64,000 bases of DNA from Terriglobia bacterium (GTDB taxonomy: Bacteria > Acidobacteriota > Polarisedimenticolia > Polarisedimenticolales > JAIQFR01). Position 1 is the stretch's first letter. Each line of letters begins with the position of its first letter. The notes under the pieces are model-generated. The model searched no databases and was not told where the DNA came from. It saw only the letters and a program-made list of their open reading frames with translations. The translations under genes and the position numbers were made by a program. This document shows positions 1-8,515 of this stretch, in pieces. The stretch lies in assembly GCA_963748015.1 (NCBI GenBank), contig CAVVHE010000004.1, forward strand, positions 736,001 through 800,000, read 5' to 3'.

Positions 1-136
1 CTAGACCCGCCGCCGGTCTACAAGTTGTTCGTTCACGCCTTGAACTAGCGCGCCACCCGCCTCGCTCGGCGAGTTCGACCGGGTCGTTTTCCTTGACTGG
101 AGCGGCCAGCTTGAGTAAATAGCACGCAAGTGGGCG

Positions 137-1954
137 ATGGGGGTCGCCGTGCAGGAATTCTTCGCTCGGTTTTCGCCACCGTCCCGCGCCGCGCGCGCCA
201 TCGGCGCATCGATGCTTTGCGTCTGTCTGTCGGCGGGCCGGTCGGCGGCTCAGGTTCCCCTGGCGAGCGCGGACGTGAGGTTGCAGTCCGAGGGCGCCGG
301 GGGTGGGACGCTCGCCGTGCGCCTGACTTACCCGGCCAGCGTCACGAACTACCGTTACCCCGACGGGGCCCCGGTCGCCGTCTACCTCGCGGGCGGGTTC
401 ACCCCGGGAGGGTTGGGGGGATCGCCACGTATCCCGCAGCAGGGATTCGTCCTGGTCACGTTCATCTACCCCGGGGGCAGCGAAGGTGCGACGGCTTCGG
501 ATGGCATCTACGACTACCGCGGCGATAACTGCCAGAAGGCGCTCCGGGACATGATCCGGTTCGCCGGAGGGGTGGCGACCGACACGCTCGGCCGATTGAT
601 CGACGACGTCGTGCCGGGACCGGTGCATCCGGGACTGGTGGGTCTCGCGCCGTTCTCGAACGGGCTCATCGGGCTGATCACCCTCGATCGCTACGGCGCG
701 GAGATTCCGTTCACGCCGTACCACGTGGGTTGGGAGAATCCGACGAGTGGGCAGATTGTCGCCGTGGAGCTGGGCGGTATCCGGGACGACTGCGACCCGG
801 CGACCGACAGCGACGGGAACGGGATCCCCGGGGACGACGGGCGCAATCCGTGGTACGACCCGGCGACGGGGTACGGTCCGTCCTCGTTCGCGGTGGACTT
901 CGGCGTGCTCGCCTTCGACCCCCTATTCCCCGGGCGATACACCGACCCGACCGGTCGCTGCGCGGCGGTCAACCAGGCGGGTGCGGTGTTCCACGACGGG
1001 CGGACGAACGGCAGGGTGGACTTCATGCCCGGGGCTTTCGGCTGCCTCGATTACGACGGCGACGGCACGATCGAGGCGTCGGAGGACTACAAACTGGGAG
1101 GAATCGCGACATTCACCGCCGCCTGCGGGATCGAGATCTTCCATTCTCGCGAGACCACCCGCGCGTTGAGCGAGCGGAACGTCTTTCCCGGCGTCTGGCC
1201 GTCGTGGATCGCTACCGTCGAAGAATCCGGCGCGTTCTGGGACCTCCGCGATGCGACCGCGCACTGGGACGGCATCGCGTCGCGCTTCCCGCGGCTCAAG
1301 GCGATGACGGTGTTCAGCAGGAAGGACCACGTGCAGTCGCAGTCGGATCATCCCCACGTCCGCCAGGCCATGGACGGGATTCGGTCCCACGGACTCTGGT
1401 ACCGGCTCAACGCCGACGCGGCCTATTTCGCGGCGGTCAACGGATCTCTCCCGGCGGGATATGTCGAGACCGCGGCAAACGCCGACGTGCCGCCCGGCGA
1501 GATGTCGGCTCACGGGGAGCCCTCCGGCACCGCGAGCGACGACATGAGTGCCTCGGGGCTCGCCGAGATGGCCGATCGCCTCCACGCCGGGTGTTGGTGG
1601 GCGGATCTCGACGGGACGATGCCCGCCGCCTCCCTCGTCGCGCCCGAAGCGGGGGACATCGCTCTCGGGTCCGACCGGAGCGGGATCTCCTGGACAGCGG
1701 CAGACGGAGCGTATTGCTACGACGTCCTTCGGGGTGATCTCACCGCGCTCGCCGACGACGGGGCCAGGGTCGTCCTTGGAGGCGGGTCGTGCATCGAGGA
1801 GGATTCGGCCGACACCGTCGCGGCCGATGAAACGTTTCCGGGTCCCGGACAGGGGTTCTTCTACGTTGTCAAGCCGAACGGTTTGCACGGAGGGTACGGA
1901 GTATCGTCCGCGGGCCGCCCAAGGGTGGACGTCTTTGGAGCGTGCGTCCCCTAG
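137..1954 (+). CDS. Secreted protein, probable alpha/beta-hydrolase-like fold with Ca-binding loops and a C-terminal Cys-containing beta domain
   Basis: 605-aa ORF. Signal-peptide-like segment (MLCVCLSAGRSAAQ), GLAPFSNG nucleophile-elbow-like motif, DxDGxG loops (DSDGNG, DYDGDG), C-terminal YDVLRGDL...C..D...PGPGQGFFYVV module. Start codon uncertain. Confidence 0.6.
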   Translation: MGVAVQEFFARFSPPSRAARAIGASMLCVCLSAGRSAAQVPLASADVRLQSEGAGGGTLAVRLTYPASVTNYRYPDGAPVAVYLAGGFTPGGLGGSPRIPQQGFVLVTFIYPGGSEGATASDGIYDYRGDNCQKALRDMIRFAGGVATDTLGRLIDDVVPGPVHPGLVGLAPFSNGLIGLITLDRYGAEIPFTPYHVGWENPTSGQIVAVELGGIRDDCDPATDSDGNGIPGDDGRNPWYDPATGYGPSSFAVDFGVLAFDPLFPGRYTDPTGRCAAVNQAGAVFHDGRTNGRVDFMPGAFGCLDYDGDGTIEASEDYKLGGIATFTAACGIEIFHSRETTRALSERNVFPGVWPSWIATVEESGAFWDLRDATAHWDGIASRFPRLKAMTVFSRKDHVQSQSDHPHVRQAMDGIRSHGLWYRLNADAAYFAAVNGSLPAGYVETAANADVPPGEMSAHGEPSGTASDDMSASGLAEMADRLHAGCWWADLDGTMPAASLVAPEAGDIALGSDRSGISWTAADGAYCYDVLRGDLTALADDGARVVLGGGSCIEEDSADTVAADETFPGPGQGFFYVVKPNGLHGGYGVSSAGRPRVDVFGACVP

Positions 1955-1966
1955 CGGGCGACCGTC

Positions 1967-2899
1967 TCACGATTCTCCGCCGGGGAAGGACCACTTGGCT
2001 CGTGCGAGAGCTTTGGCGGCGGGGCGCCGCGATGCCCTAGCGGCCAACCGCTTCGCCCCTGATCCGCCGCGACCCCGCTTCCTGCCGAGAGTCTGCCGGA
2101 CGAGATCGAGCGCTTCCTCTTCTATCTGCCGGACACGCTCGTGGCTGAGGCTGAGTATCTGGCCGACGGCCTTCAACGAGAGCGCGCGCTCCCCGGCGAG
2201 GCCGTAGCGCCGCGAAAGGACCCGGCGTTGTTGCTCGGAGAGGTCTTCCATGGCGTCCAGGACCATTCGCAGCGACTGGGTACGGATCATCTCGTCCTCC
2301 GCAGTGGGTTTCCCGCGATCCTCCAACCGGTCCGCAAAGGTCCATTCAGTACCTGGTTGCGGGGCGTCGAGGCTCACCTCGCTGATGTGGACGCTCGCTC
2401 GCCCTGCGCGTCCGCGTGAGCCTCGTGCGAGGTGGTCCTGGATCTCTTCTTCGGTCGGGATCCTCCCGAGGTCACCCCTGAGCGTACTCTCCGTCTCGCG
2501 CGATTCTCTCGCCTTGCGCAATTGGTACTCCGGAAGGCGAACGACCCGCGCCTGGTCGGCGAGGGCACGGAGCAGCGCCTTGCGAATCCACCAGCGCGCG
2601 TAGGTCAGGAAGCGCGCGCCACGTCCCAACTCGAAGCGGTGCGCGGCCTCGATGAGGCCGAGATTCCCCTCGTTGACGAGGTCCTCGAAGGGAACGCCGT
2701 AGTCGCGAAACTCCTTGGCGGTCTGGACGACGAACGCCAAGCTCGACTCGACCAGCGCGTTGGGAGCGCCTGCGTCATCGCTCTCGCGAGCGCGCTCCAC
2801 CGCCAATGCCTCCTCCTCGGCGGTGAGCACTGGCCGGGCGGCGATCTGTGCTAGGTAGCGCGCCAGCCCAGGATTCGAAGACCTGCGCTTGCGTGTCAT
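1967..2899 (-). CDS. RNA polymerase sigma-70 family sigma factor (RpoD/RpoS-like, lacking region 1.1)
   Basis: Region 2 DLVNEGNLGLIEAAHRFE...FLTYARWWIR; region 4 SLKAVGQILSLSHERVRQIEEEAL. Confidence 0.9.
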   Translation of the reverse strand: MTRKRRSSNPGLARYLAQIAARPVLTAEEEALAVERARESDDAGAPNALVESSLAFVVQTAKEFRDYGVPFEDLVNEGNLGLIEAAHRFELGRGARFLTYARWWIRKALLRALADQARVVRLPEYQLRKARESRETESTLRGDLGRIPTEEEIQDHLARGSRGRAGRASVHISEVSLDAPQPGTEWTFADRLEDRGKPTAEDEMIRTQSLRMVLDAMEDLSEQQRRVLSRRYGLAGERALSLKAVGQILSLSHERVRQIEEEALDLVRQTLGRKRGRGGSGAKRLAARASRRPAAKALARAKWSFPGGES

Positions 2900-2917
2900 G
2901 GTTCGTACCTGTCGCGT

Positions 2918-3475
2918 TCAGTCGTCCCCGTCGCGTGTGCTCGCTTGCCGATAGACGGCCGTCGAAGCCGCCGGGGGAACCGCCTCCGCGGAAGATGCCA
3001 ACGCACCGATGCTGAGCGGATGGGAGATACGCCCGCCCTGGTGGGCAGCGTCGACGAGGGTCAGCGTGCCTGCGACATAGAGGACGATGAAGATCGCGTG
3101 GACCGGCAAGTGGATTCTCCGGTCGAGCTCACGGCGGAGGAGCGGGGGAAGGAGAATCAGCGCCGCCATGATGAGCGTGAGCGCGGAGAAGAAGGCGCGG
3201 GCCGTTTCCGCGGCATCCTCGTGGCGCTCGACGGCCGCCGCTATCGCGGGGGTCTTTGCGAGCGCATCGCCCGCGGCCTCGCCGGTCGTGGCGGCGAGCC
3301 ACATGCCGGCGGTGCCGAGCGCTACCATCGCGAGAGCGGAGGTTGCGAAGGACCGAGCATGCCGCCATGGCACCAGCCCCGCGACGAGGAAGAGCGGAGC
3401 CGAAACGAGCAGCGCGATGGGGAAGTGGATCACCAGCGGGTGCAGTCCTTCCCAGGTGGGAACCGGTGGCAGCAT
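2918..3475 (-). CDS. DUF2231-like membrane protein
   Basis: LHPLVIHFPIALL N-terminus, four hydrophobic segments, HE..AE and AHQGG motifs. ATG at 3475 with a purine-rich upstream sequence. Confidence 0.75.
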   Translation of the reverse strand: MLPPVPTWEGLHPLVIHFPIALLVSAPLFLVAGLVPWRHARSFATSALAMVALGTAGMWLAATTGEAAGDALAKTPAIAAAVERHEDAAETARAFFSALTLIMAALILLPPLLRRELDRRIHLPVHAIFIVLYVAGTLTLVDAAHQGGRISHPLSIGALASSAEAVPPAASTAVYRQASTRDGDD

Positions 3476-3533
3476 CCTCTTGCCCCTCTGTCGACGTGGC
3501 CTCGGGGGAATCCCGTGGCGACCTGTTGCATGG

Positions 3534-3548
3534 GCAAAGGGCGTGCCA
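3534..3548 (-). promoter_or_regulatory. Sigma-54 (-24/-12) promoter
   Basis: Minus strand reads TGGCACG-CCCT-TTGC, matching TGGCACG-N4-TTGC. It lies about 60 nt upstream of the DUF2231-like ATG and just downstream of an NtrC-family activator gene. Confidence 0.8.
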
Positions 3549-3653
3549 GCCTCGAAGGCGGTTGGCAAGTGCGCAGAACCGCGACAATCGCCGCCGTTCT
3601 CTCCGGAGGGGAGCGAAGCGCGTGCGAGCTTTCTTACGAGGTGGAGAAGGTCG

Positions 3654-5057
3654 TCAAGATCCTTCGACGAGGCGGTGCTTACGGAGCTTGTAGGCCATGT
3701 CGCTACGGGAGATGCCGAGTCCACGCGCCGCTTCCGCCTGCACGCCATCGCCGGCCCGAAGGGCACGGGCGAGAAGTGCACGCTCGACCGAGTGCATGAC
3801 CTGGCGCAAGTCGACCTTCTCGGGAAGCGAGGCGACGAAAGTCCCGGCCGATTCGGGCGTCTCGCGATCGGTCATGCGGTCGAAATCGGGGTCCATGGCG
3901 TCGAGGGGGAAATCGTCGGGGCCCAGGGCGTCGCCGCGCGCGAGAATACACGCGCGCTCGAGGAGATTGCGCAGTTCCCGGACGTTGCCCGGGAAGCGAT
4001 AGCGGGCCAGCTTCGCGAGGGCTTCCGCGCGGATCCGTCGTACGGGCAGGTTGAGGTCTCTCGACAGGCGGTCGAGGAGGCTTTCCACGAGCACGGGGAG
4101 GTCTTCGATCCGGTCGCGTAGGGGAGGAATCGAGATTGGAACGACGGCTATGCGGTAGTAAAGGTCTTCGCGGAAAGACCCTTCCCGGACGCGCTGCCGG
4201 AGGTCTCGGTGCGTCGCCACGACGAGCCGGACGTCCACCGGCCTCGAGGTGTTCGAGCCGACTCGGACGACGCGCCCGTCGCTCAGCACTCGGAGGAGCT
4301 TCGCCTGGAGCGACGGGGACATCTCTCCCGCTTCGTCGAGAAAGAGGGTGCCGCGGTGGGCGCTCTCGAAGAGCCCCTGTCTTGCCCGGTCCGCGCCGGT
4401 GAACGCGCCGCGTTCGTGACCGAACAGCTCGCTTTCGAGCAGCGTTTCCGGGAGAGCGGCACAGTTGACGGCCACGAAAGGCTCGGCGGCCCTCGGGCTG
4501 CCGTCGTGGATCGCGCGCGCAGCCAGTTCCTTCCCCGTTCCGGTCTCGCCCTCGATGAGCACGGTGGATCCGGCCGGGGCGACGCGAGCGATGGTCTCCC
4601 GGAGGGCGCGCATGGCCTCGGACGCGCCGAGAATCTCGCCGGAAGGGCCCAATCGGCGGACCTCGACCCTGAGGCGCTGGTTCTCGCGGAGGAGGCGGGC
4701 CCGCTCGCAGGCCCGGCGCACTGCGGCACGCAACACGTCCGGCTGGAAGGGTTTGGTGACGAAGTCGAAAGCGCCGCGGCGCATCGCTTCGACGGCGAGC
4801 TCGACCGACGCGAACGCGGTGAGCATGACGACGGGCAGCGTCGGGTCCGCCTCGCGCGCGGCGGCCAGGACCTCGAGTCCTTCGCCGTCCGGCATCTTCT
4901 GATCGGTGATCACGAGGTCGAACGGGCCGGAGCCGACGAGCGACGTTGCCTCGCGCACTCCTGCCGCCTCGGTGACCTGATGACCGTCCTCGAGCAGGAG
5001 AAGCGCGAGGATCGTCCGAAGATTCGCCTCGTCGTCCACGACCAGGACGCGCGCCAT
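3654..5057 (-). CDS. Sigma-54-dependent response regulator (NtrC family)
   Basis: Receiver domain (VVDDE...TDQKMP...KPF), AAA+ domain (GETGTGKE, GAFTGA, LFLDE), C-terminal Fis-type HTH. Confidence 0.95.
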   Translation of the reverse strand: MARVLVVDDEANLRTILALLLLEDGHQVTEAAGVREATSLVGSGPFDLVITDQKMPDGEGLEVLAAAREADPTLPVVMLTAFASVELAVEAMRRGAFDFVTKPFQPDVLRAAVRRACERARLLRENQRLRVEVRRLGPSGEILGASEAMRALRETIARVAPAGSTVLIEGETGTGKELAARAIHDGSPRAAEPFVAVNCAALPETLLESELFGHERGAFTGADRARQGLFESAHRGTLFLDEAGEMSPSLQAKLLRVLSDGRVVRVGSNTSRPVDVRLVVATHRDLRQRVREGSFREDLYYRIAVVPISIPPLRDRIEDLPVLVESLLDRLSRDLNLPVRRIRAEALAKLARYRFPGNVRELRNLLERACILARGDALGPDDFPLDAMDPDFDRMTDRETPESAGTFVASLPEKVDLRQVMHSVERALLARALRAGDGVQAEAARGLGISRSDMAYKLRKHRLVEGS

Positions 5058-5061
5058 CGGC

Positions 5062-6381
5062 TTACGCGTCCCCGGATGCGGGCCCGGTGTCCGGCCCGGA
5101 GGGCAGGCGGAGCACGATCCTTACCCGTCCGGGCTCGTTGTTCTCCAACCGGGCGTCGCCCCCGTGGGCTCTCGCGATGTTCCTGGCAATCGCCATGCCG
5201 AGGCCTGTCCCGCCGGGCTTCGTTGTGAAGAAGGGCTCGAAGATCCTCGTGGCGACGTCGGGAGGGATCGCCTGTCCCTCGTTCTCGACGAAGAGGTCGC
5301 ACGTGTCGTCGAGCGACGGTGCCGCTCCGAGAGTCACCTGCCGCCCGGGCGGCGTGGCGTCGATTGCGTTCAGGGCGAGGTTGAGAAGGGCCTGCTGCAC
5401 CTGGAACGGGTCCATCCTGGTCGCGAGAGATTCGGGGCAGTCCACTTCGACGCGTACGGCTCGCTCGGAGGCCTTCGCACGGACGAGATCCGCGACGTAG
5501 CCTACCGCCGCGCCGACCGGAGTGAGCTTGAGCTCGGGCTTGCGGGTTCGGGCGTAGGAGAGAAAATCGTCGGTCAGGGACTCGAGTCGGCTCGCCTCGG
5601 CGGCCGCTATGCGAAACATCTCGTCGCGCCGCTCGGGGGAAAGGGATCCGCTCGTGGCGGCGGCGAGCGAGCTGCCGATCATGGCGACCGGGTTCCGGAT
5701 CTCGTGAGCGATCCCGCTGGCCAGCCTGCCGACCGCCGCCAGCTTCGCTTCGGAGACAAGCGTGTCGCGCGTCCGCTGGAGCTCGCGCAAGCTACGTTCC
5801 ACGTTGGATTGCTCGCGCCGCACGTCGCTCGCGAGAAGCCATACCACCGTCCCGACGAGGAGGAACAGGAGCGAGACGTTGAAGGCCTCGAAGTACTCGC
5901 CGACGAGGACCGGGGGGTGTCTGGCGAAGAAATAGTGAACCTCGAGGAAACTGAGCAGGCTGGCGAGCGAGGCGACGCCCAGCGTTCCCGCCAGGGAAAA
6001 ACGGAACGCCGCCGAGATCACCGGGAGGACGAAGAGCACCGAGTATTGCCGATCCGGGATTTCGCTCAGGAACGCCGCGGCGCCGACGAAAGCCACCGCC
6101 AGCCAGACGGATACGACGAGGTACGCCCGGATGGCGGCGGGCGAAGGCGGTACCCGGGTCGCCAGCAGCCATACCAGCTCCAGCACGAGTACGAGGAAGA
6201 ACGAGGACAGCGTGAGGATCAGCGGGCGGTTCGGGACTCCCATCACCGGCCCGGCGGCCACATGCACCAGGAGCAGGATCGCCACGACCGCGAGGTTGGC
6301 GACGATCAGGATGGACTCTTGCCTTCGGAGGGACTCGAAGTCCAACGCAGGGCGGAGCCACGACGCTTGCCGGGAGGCCAT
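5062..6381 (-). CDS. Membrane-bound sensor histidine kinase
   Basis: Several TM helices, H-box AHEIRNP, N-box LLNLALNAIDA, FEPFFTTK and GTGLG. Start placed at MASRQ (6381). Confidence 0.9.
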   Translation of the reverse strand: MASRQASWLRPALDFESLRRQESILIVANLAVVAILLLVHVAAGPVMGVPNRPLILTLSSFFLVLVLELVWLLATRVPPSPAAIRAYLVVSVWLAVAFVGAAAFLSEIPDRQYSVLFVLPVISAAFRFSLAGTLGVASLASLLSFLEVHYFFARHPPVLVGEYFEAFNVSLLFLLVGTVVWLLASDVRREQSNVERSLRELQRTRDTLVSEAKLAAVGRLASGIAHEIRNPVAMIGSSLAAATSGSLSPERRDEMFRIAAAEASRLESLTDDFLSYARTRKPELKLTPVGAAVGYVADLVRAKASERAVRVEVDCPESLATRMDPFQVQQALLNLALNAIDATPPGRQVTLGAAPSLDDTCDLFVENEGQAIPPDVATRIFEPFFTTKPGGTGLGMAIARNIARAHGGDARLENNEPGRVRIVLRLPSGPDTGPASGDA

Positions 6382-6558
6382 CGCGCGAATGATCGCACGT
6401 CGTGGCGACGGGGCCAAGACCGGGTCGGTGGCCCGACCGCGGAACGAGACGGAGGGGGCGTCGAAACGGGGATGAAGTGACGGACGGAGCCCAGGTGGGA
6501 ACGCGTTGGCGCCGGACCGCGTGGACGGGCGGTCCGGCGCCAACGTCGACTGCGAACG

Positions 6559-6885
6559 CTAGCCCTCGACCTTCTCCACCTTGGTCGCGGCCAGCCACAT
6601 CTTGCCGTCCTTCTTGGTCACGGTCCCGGTGACCTTGGCCGCCTTCTGGCCCTGGCAGGTGTGTCCGAACTTCTCGAGCGCCTCGCTCTTGGCGAGGAAG
6701 TAGTTCTGGCCTCCGGCGACGAGAACGTCCTGGCATTCCGTGACGCCCTCGAGCTTCAGCGTGCAGTGCGCGCACGCGATGTTCCCGGAAAGGGTGACCG
6801 GCTTCTCCTGCTCGCCGGCGTACGCCAGGAACGCCAGACCTGCGGCGACCATGACCATCAACGCGATCGTGCCCGTCTTCTTCAT
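6559..6885 (-). CDS. Small exported protein with CxxC motif (DUF6370-like OB-fold)
   Basis: Signal peptide, VTLSGNIACAHC motif, VTGTV..KDGK C-terminus. Confidence 0.65.
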   Translation of the reverse strand: MKKTGTIALMVMVAAGLAFLAYAGEQEKPVTLSGNIACAHCTLKLEGVTECQDVLVAGGQNYFLAKSEALEKFGHTCQGQKAAKVTGTVTKKDGKMWLAATKVEKVEG

Positions 6886-7043
6886 GAAACGTCTCCACGC
6901 GCCTCCAGAACGGCGCCTTGTACGAGGTGGACCGAAACGATCCTCATTATAGCCATCCCGCTCCGGAGCGCCGCCCGGCCGCGGTGGATCGGGGCGCTCG
7001 AGAGGCCTCCGGCACGAAGCGAACGGCTCGTCCCGTGGCGGGC

Positions 7044-7811
7044 TCAGGGCGAGCGGCGCCAGGCGTGGACGGATTCGCGCTGCGTCCCGGGGACCGTGGC
7101 ATCGGCGAGAAGGCCGAGCGCCTCGAGGACAACGGCCTGGTGGAGCCGTGCGTTACCCGGATCGCCCGCGGGGGCGCCGAACGGAAAGCGCACCGAGAGG
7201 GCCCGGGGGGCCCCGACGATGCGTGTCAGCTCGGGTATCAGGGTCAAGGCGACCGTCGGGATTCCTCGCGATTCGAGCTCTCGGGCGAGAATGCAGACCG
7301 TCTGCACGCAAAGGGAGCAGCTCGGCAAGAGCACGACGGCGCCGACCCGGTCCTCGCCGAAGATCCTCGCGATCCGGTCCGCGGAATCCAGGAGGCCGGG
7401 CAGCGGCCGGACGATTCCTCCCGAGAGACTGATGTGGCGAGGGGCCGGCGGGCCCGTGAGGCCGCGCTCGTGCAGGGTCTCCAGGGCTCGCAGGGGAAGC
7501 GCGACCTCGGGGTCTCCCGGGATGTACCTGCGGTCGACGTACGGAGCCAGCAGGTCGAGTCGCTCGGGCTCCGTGCCCCTGGGCACGATCCGGAAGGAGG
7601 TGTCGCCGAGGGGCTCGTCGGCGAAGGGGGAGTCTCCCAGAAGATGGAGGCCCGCGGTGCCGATCAGAGCGACGGGCCCACGCGCGGCATCAGGCGGCGC
7701 CTCGCACCACGGGATGGGGCCCGGCGAGAAGAAGGCGAAATCGGGGTCGACCTCGGCCCGGATCGAAGCCAGCAGTCGATCGATCATGGAAGGAGGGGCG
7801 GTGTCGCTCAC
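7044..7811 (-). CDS. Glycine/sarcosine/betaine/D-proline reductase selenoprotein B family homolog (PrdB-like), Cys variant
   Basis: VALIGTAGLH...GDTSFRIVP and LPSCSLCVQTVCILARELESRGIPTV...PRALSVRFPFGAP motifs. GTG start with GAGG RBS. No in-frame TGA. Confidence 0.75.
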   Translation of the reverse strand: MSDTAPPSMIDRLLASIRAEVDPDFAFFSPGPIPWCEAPPDAARGPVALIGTAGLHLLGDSPFADEPLGDTSFRIVPRGTEPERLDLLAPYVDRRYIPGDPEVALPLRALETLHERGLTGPPAPRHISLSGGIVRPLPGLLDSADRIARIFGEDRVGAVVLLPSCSLCVQTVCILARELESRGIPTVALTLIPELTRIVGAPRALSVRFPFGAPAGDPGNARLHQAVVLEALGLLADATVPGTQRESVHAWRRSP

Positions 7812-7948
7812 GACCTATCCTCGGACCACGAGATCGTCGCTCGTGGACAGCACCGGTTATCACCTTCCGCGGAGAAGGGCAAGCGCGGGTGCGGGCAAAC
7901 CGGCCGAATTACAGACAATTAGCCTCCTGTTATCCGATGAATCTCACC

Positions 7949-7978
7949 TTGACGCTCGAGGGTTAGCCGACGTAAAAG
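7949..7978 (+). promoter_or_regulatory. Candidate sigma-70 promoter for the precursor peptide genes
   Basis: TTGACG (7949-7954), 18-nt spacer, TAAAAG (7973-7978), in an AT-richer patch about 95 nt upstream of ATG 8073. Confidence 0.45.
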
Positions 7979-8072
7979 GAACGCGGTCCGGGAGGGGAGC
8001 CGCGCGCGGCACGGTACGCCGCGCGAATTCGTCCGCCCGACCCGAGGCCCTCTTACGGAAGGAGGATGATTC

Positions 8073-8189
8073 ATGAAGTTCATCGTTCCGCCCCAGAAGG
8101 AAGAGACGCAGGACGCCGCCTTGATGAAGCCGATCACGCTTTGCTGGAAGTGCAGCGAGAACCCGCGGGCTTGCGGTAGTCCACTCTAG
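8073..8189 (+). CDS. Putative RiPP precursor peptide 1 (38 aa): MKFIVPPQKEETQDAALMKPITLCWKCSENPRACGSPL
   Basis: Translated by hand. GGAGG RBS at 8061-8065, ATG 8073, TAG 8187-8189. Paralog of 8309-8425 and adjacent to rSAM and ATP-grasp genes. Confidence 0.85.
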   Translation: MKFIVPPQKEETQDAALMKPITLCWKCSENPRACGSPL

Positions 8190-8337
8190 ATTCGTCGGAA
8201 GTTCCGTTCGAACGGCCTTCGCCGAGCGCTCGGGGAATTCCCGGCGCGAGCGTGAGGGGAAGGACGATCATCGTCGGCCGTGAGCGGCATGACAGGAGGA
8301 TAGTCGAGATGAAGTTCATCGTTCCGCCCCAGAAGGA
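8073..8337 (+). repeat. Direct repeat (29 nt identical) encoding the shared precursor leader
   Basis: ATGAAGTTCATCGTTCCGCCCCAGAAGGA at 8073-8101 and 8309-8337. Confidence 0.95.
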
Positions 8338-8425
8338 CGAGACCCAGGATCGTATTTGCTCGAGAAACGTCACGCTGTGCTGGCTGTGCAGCGAAGATCC
8401 CAGGGCGTGTGGTGATCTGATCTAG
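8309..8425 (+). CDS. Putative RiPP precursor peptide 2 (38 aa): MKFIVPPQKDETQDRICSRNVTLCWLCSEDPRACGDLI
   Basis: Translated by hand. AGGAGG RBS upstream, ATG 8309, TAG 8423-8425. 25/38 residues identical to precursor 1. Confidence 0.85.
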   Translation: MKFIVPPQKDETQDRICSRNVTLCWLCSEDPRACGDLI

Positions 8426-8463
8426 CTTCGATCGAGCGGTCGAAGTCATATCGGTTCGATCGA

Positions 8464-8510
8464 TCCTGCCCGGCGAGCCGCTGGCCGGGAAGCCCTCTCG
8501 CCGGGCAGGA
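8464..8510. terminator. Stem-loop between convergent precursor genes and the maturase operon (possible bidirectional terminator or stabiliser)
   Basis: Perfect 14-bp inverted repeat TCCTGCCCGGCGAG (8464-8477) / CTCGCCGGGCAGGA (8497-8510). No long U-tract. Confidence 0.55.
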
Positions 8511-8515
8511 AAGTG

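Noticed and set aside
1..90. Hairpins at the window start (TAGACC..GGTCTA; TTGAACT..AGTTCGA) reminiscent of a 6S RNA 3' segment
   Set aside because: Truncated by the window edge and only a short motif matches. It cannot be supported without an Rfam covariance search.
7044..7811. Selenocysteine read-through in the PrdB-like gene
   Set aside because: No in-frame TGA; the equivalent position is a Cys codon.
8073..8337. 29-nt direct repeat as a possible CRISPR repeat
   Set aside because: Only two copies about 236 nt apart, both starting at an ATG of paralogous ORFs, and no cas genes.
7919..8449. Minus-strand ORFs 7919-8137, 8134-8373 and 8186-8449, the first two sharing SSFWGGTMNF
   Set aside because: These are antisense shadows of the duplicated precursor genes. 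The plus-strand ORFs have the RBSs and the synonymous-codon conservation.
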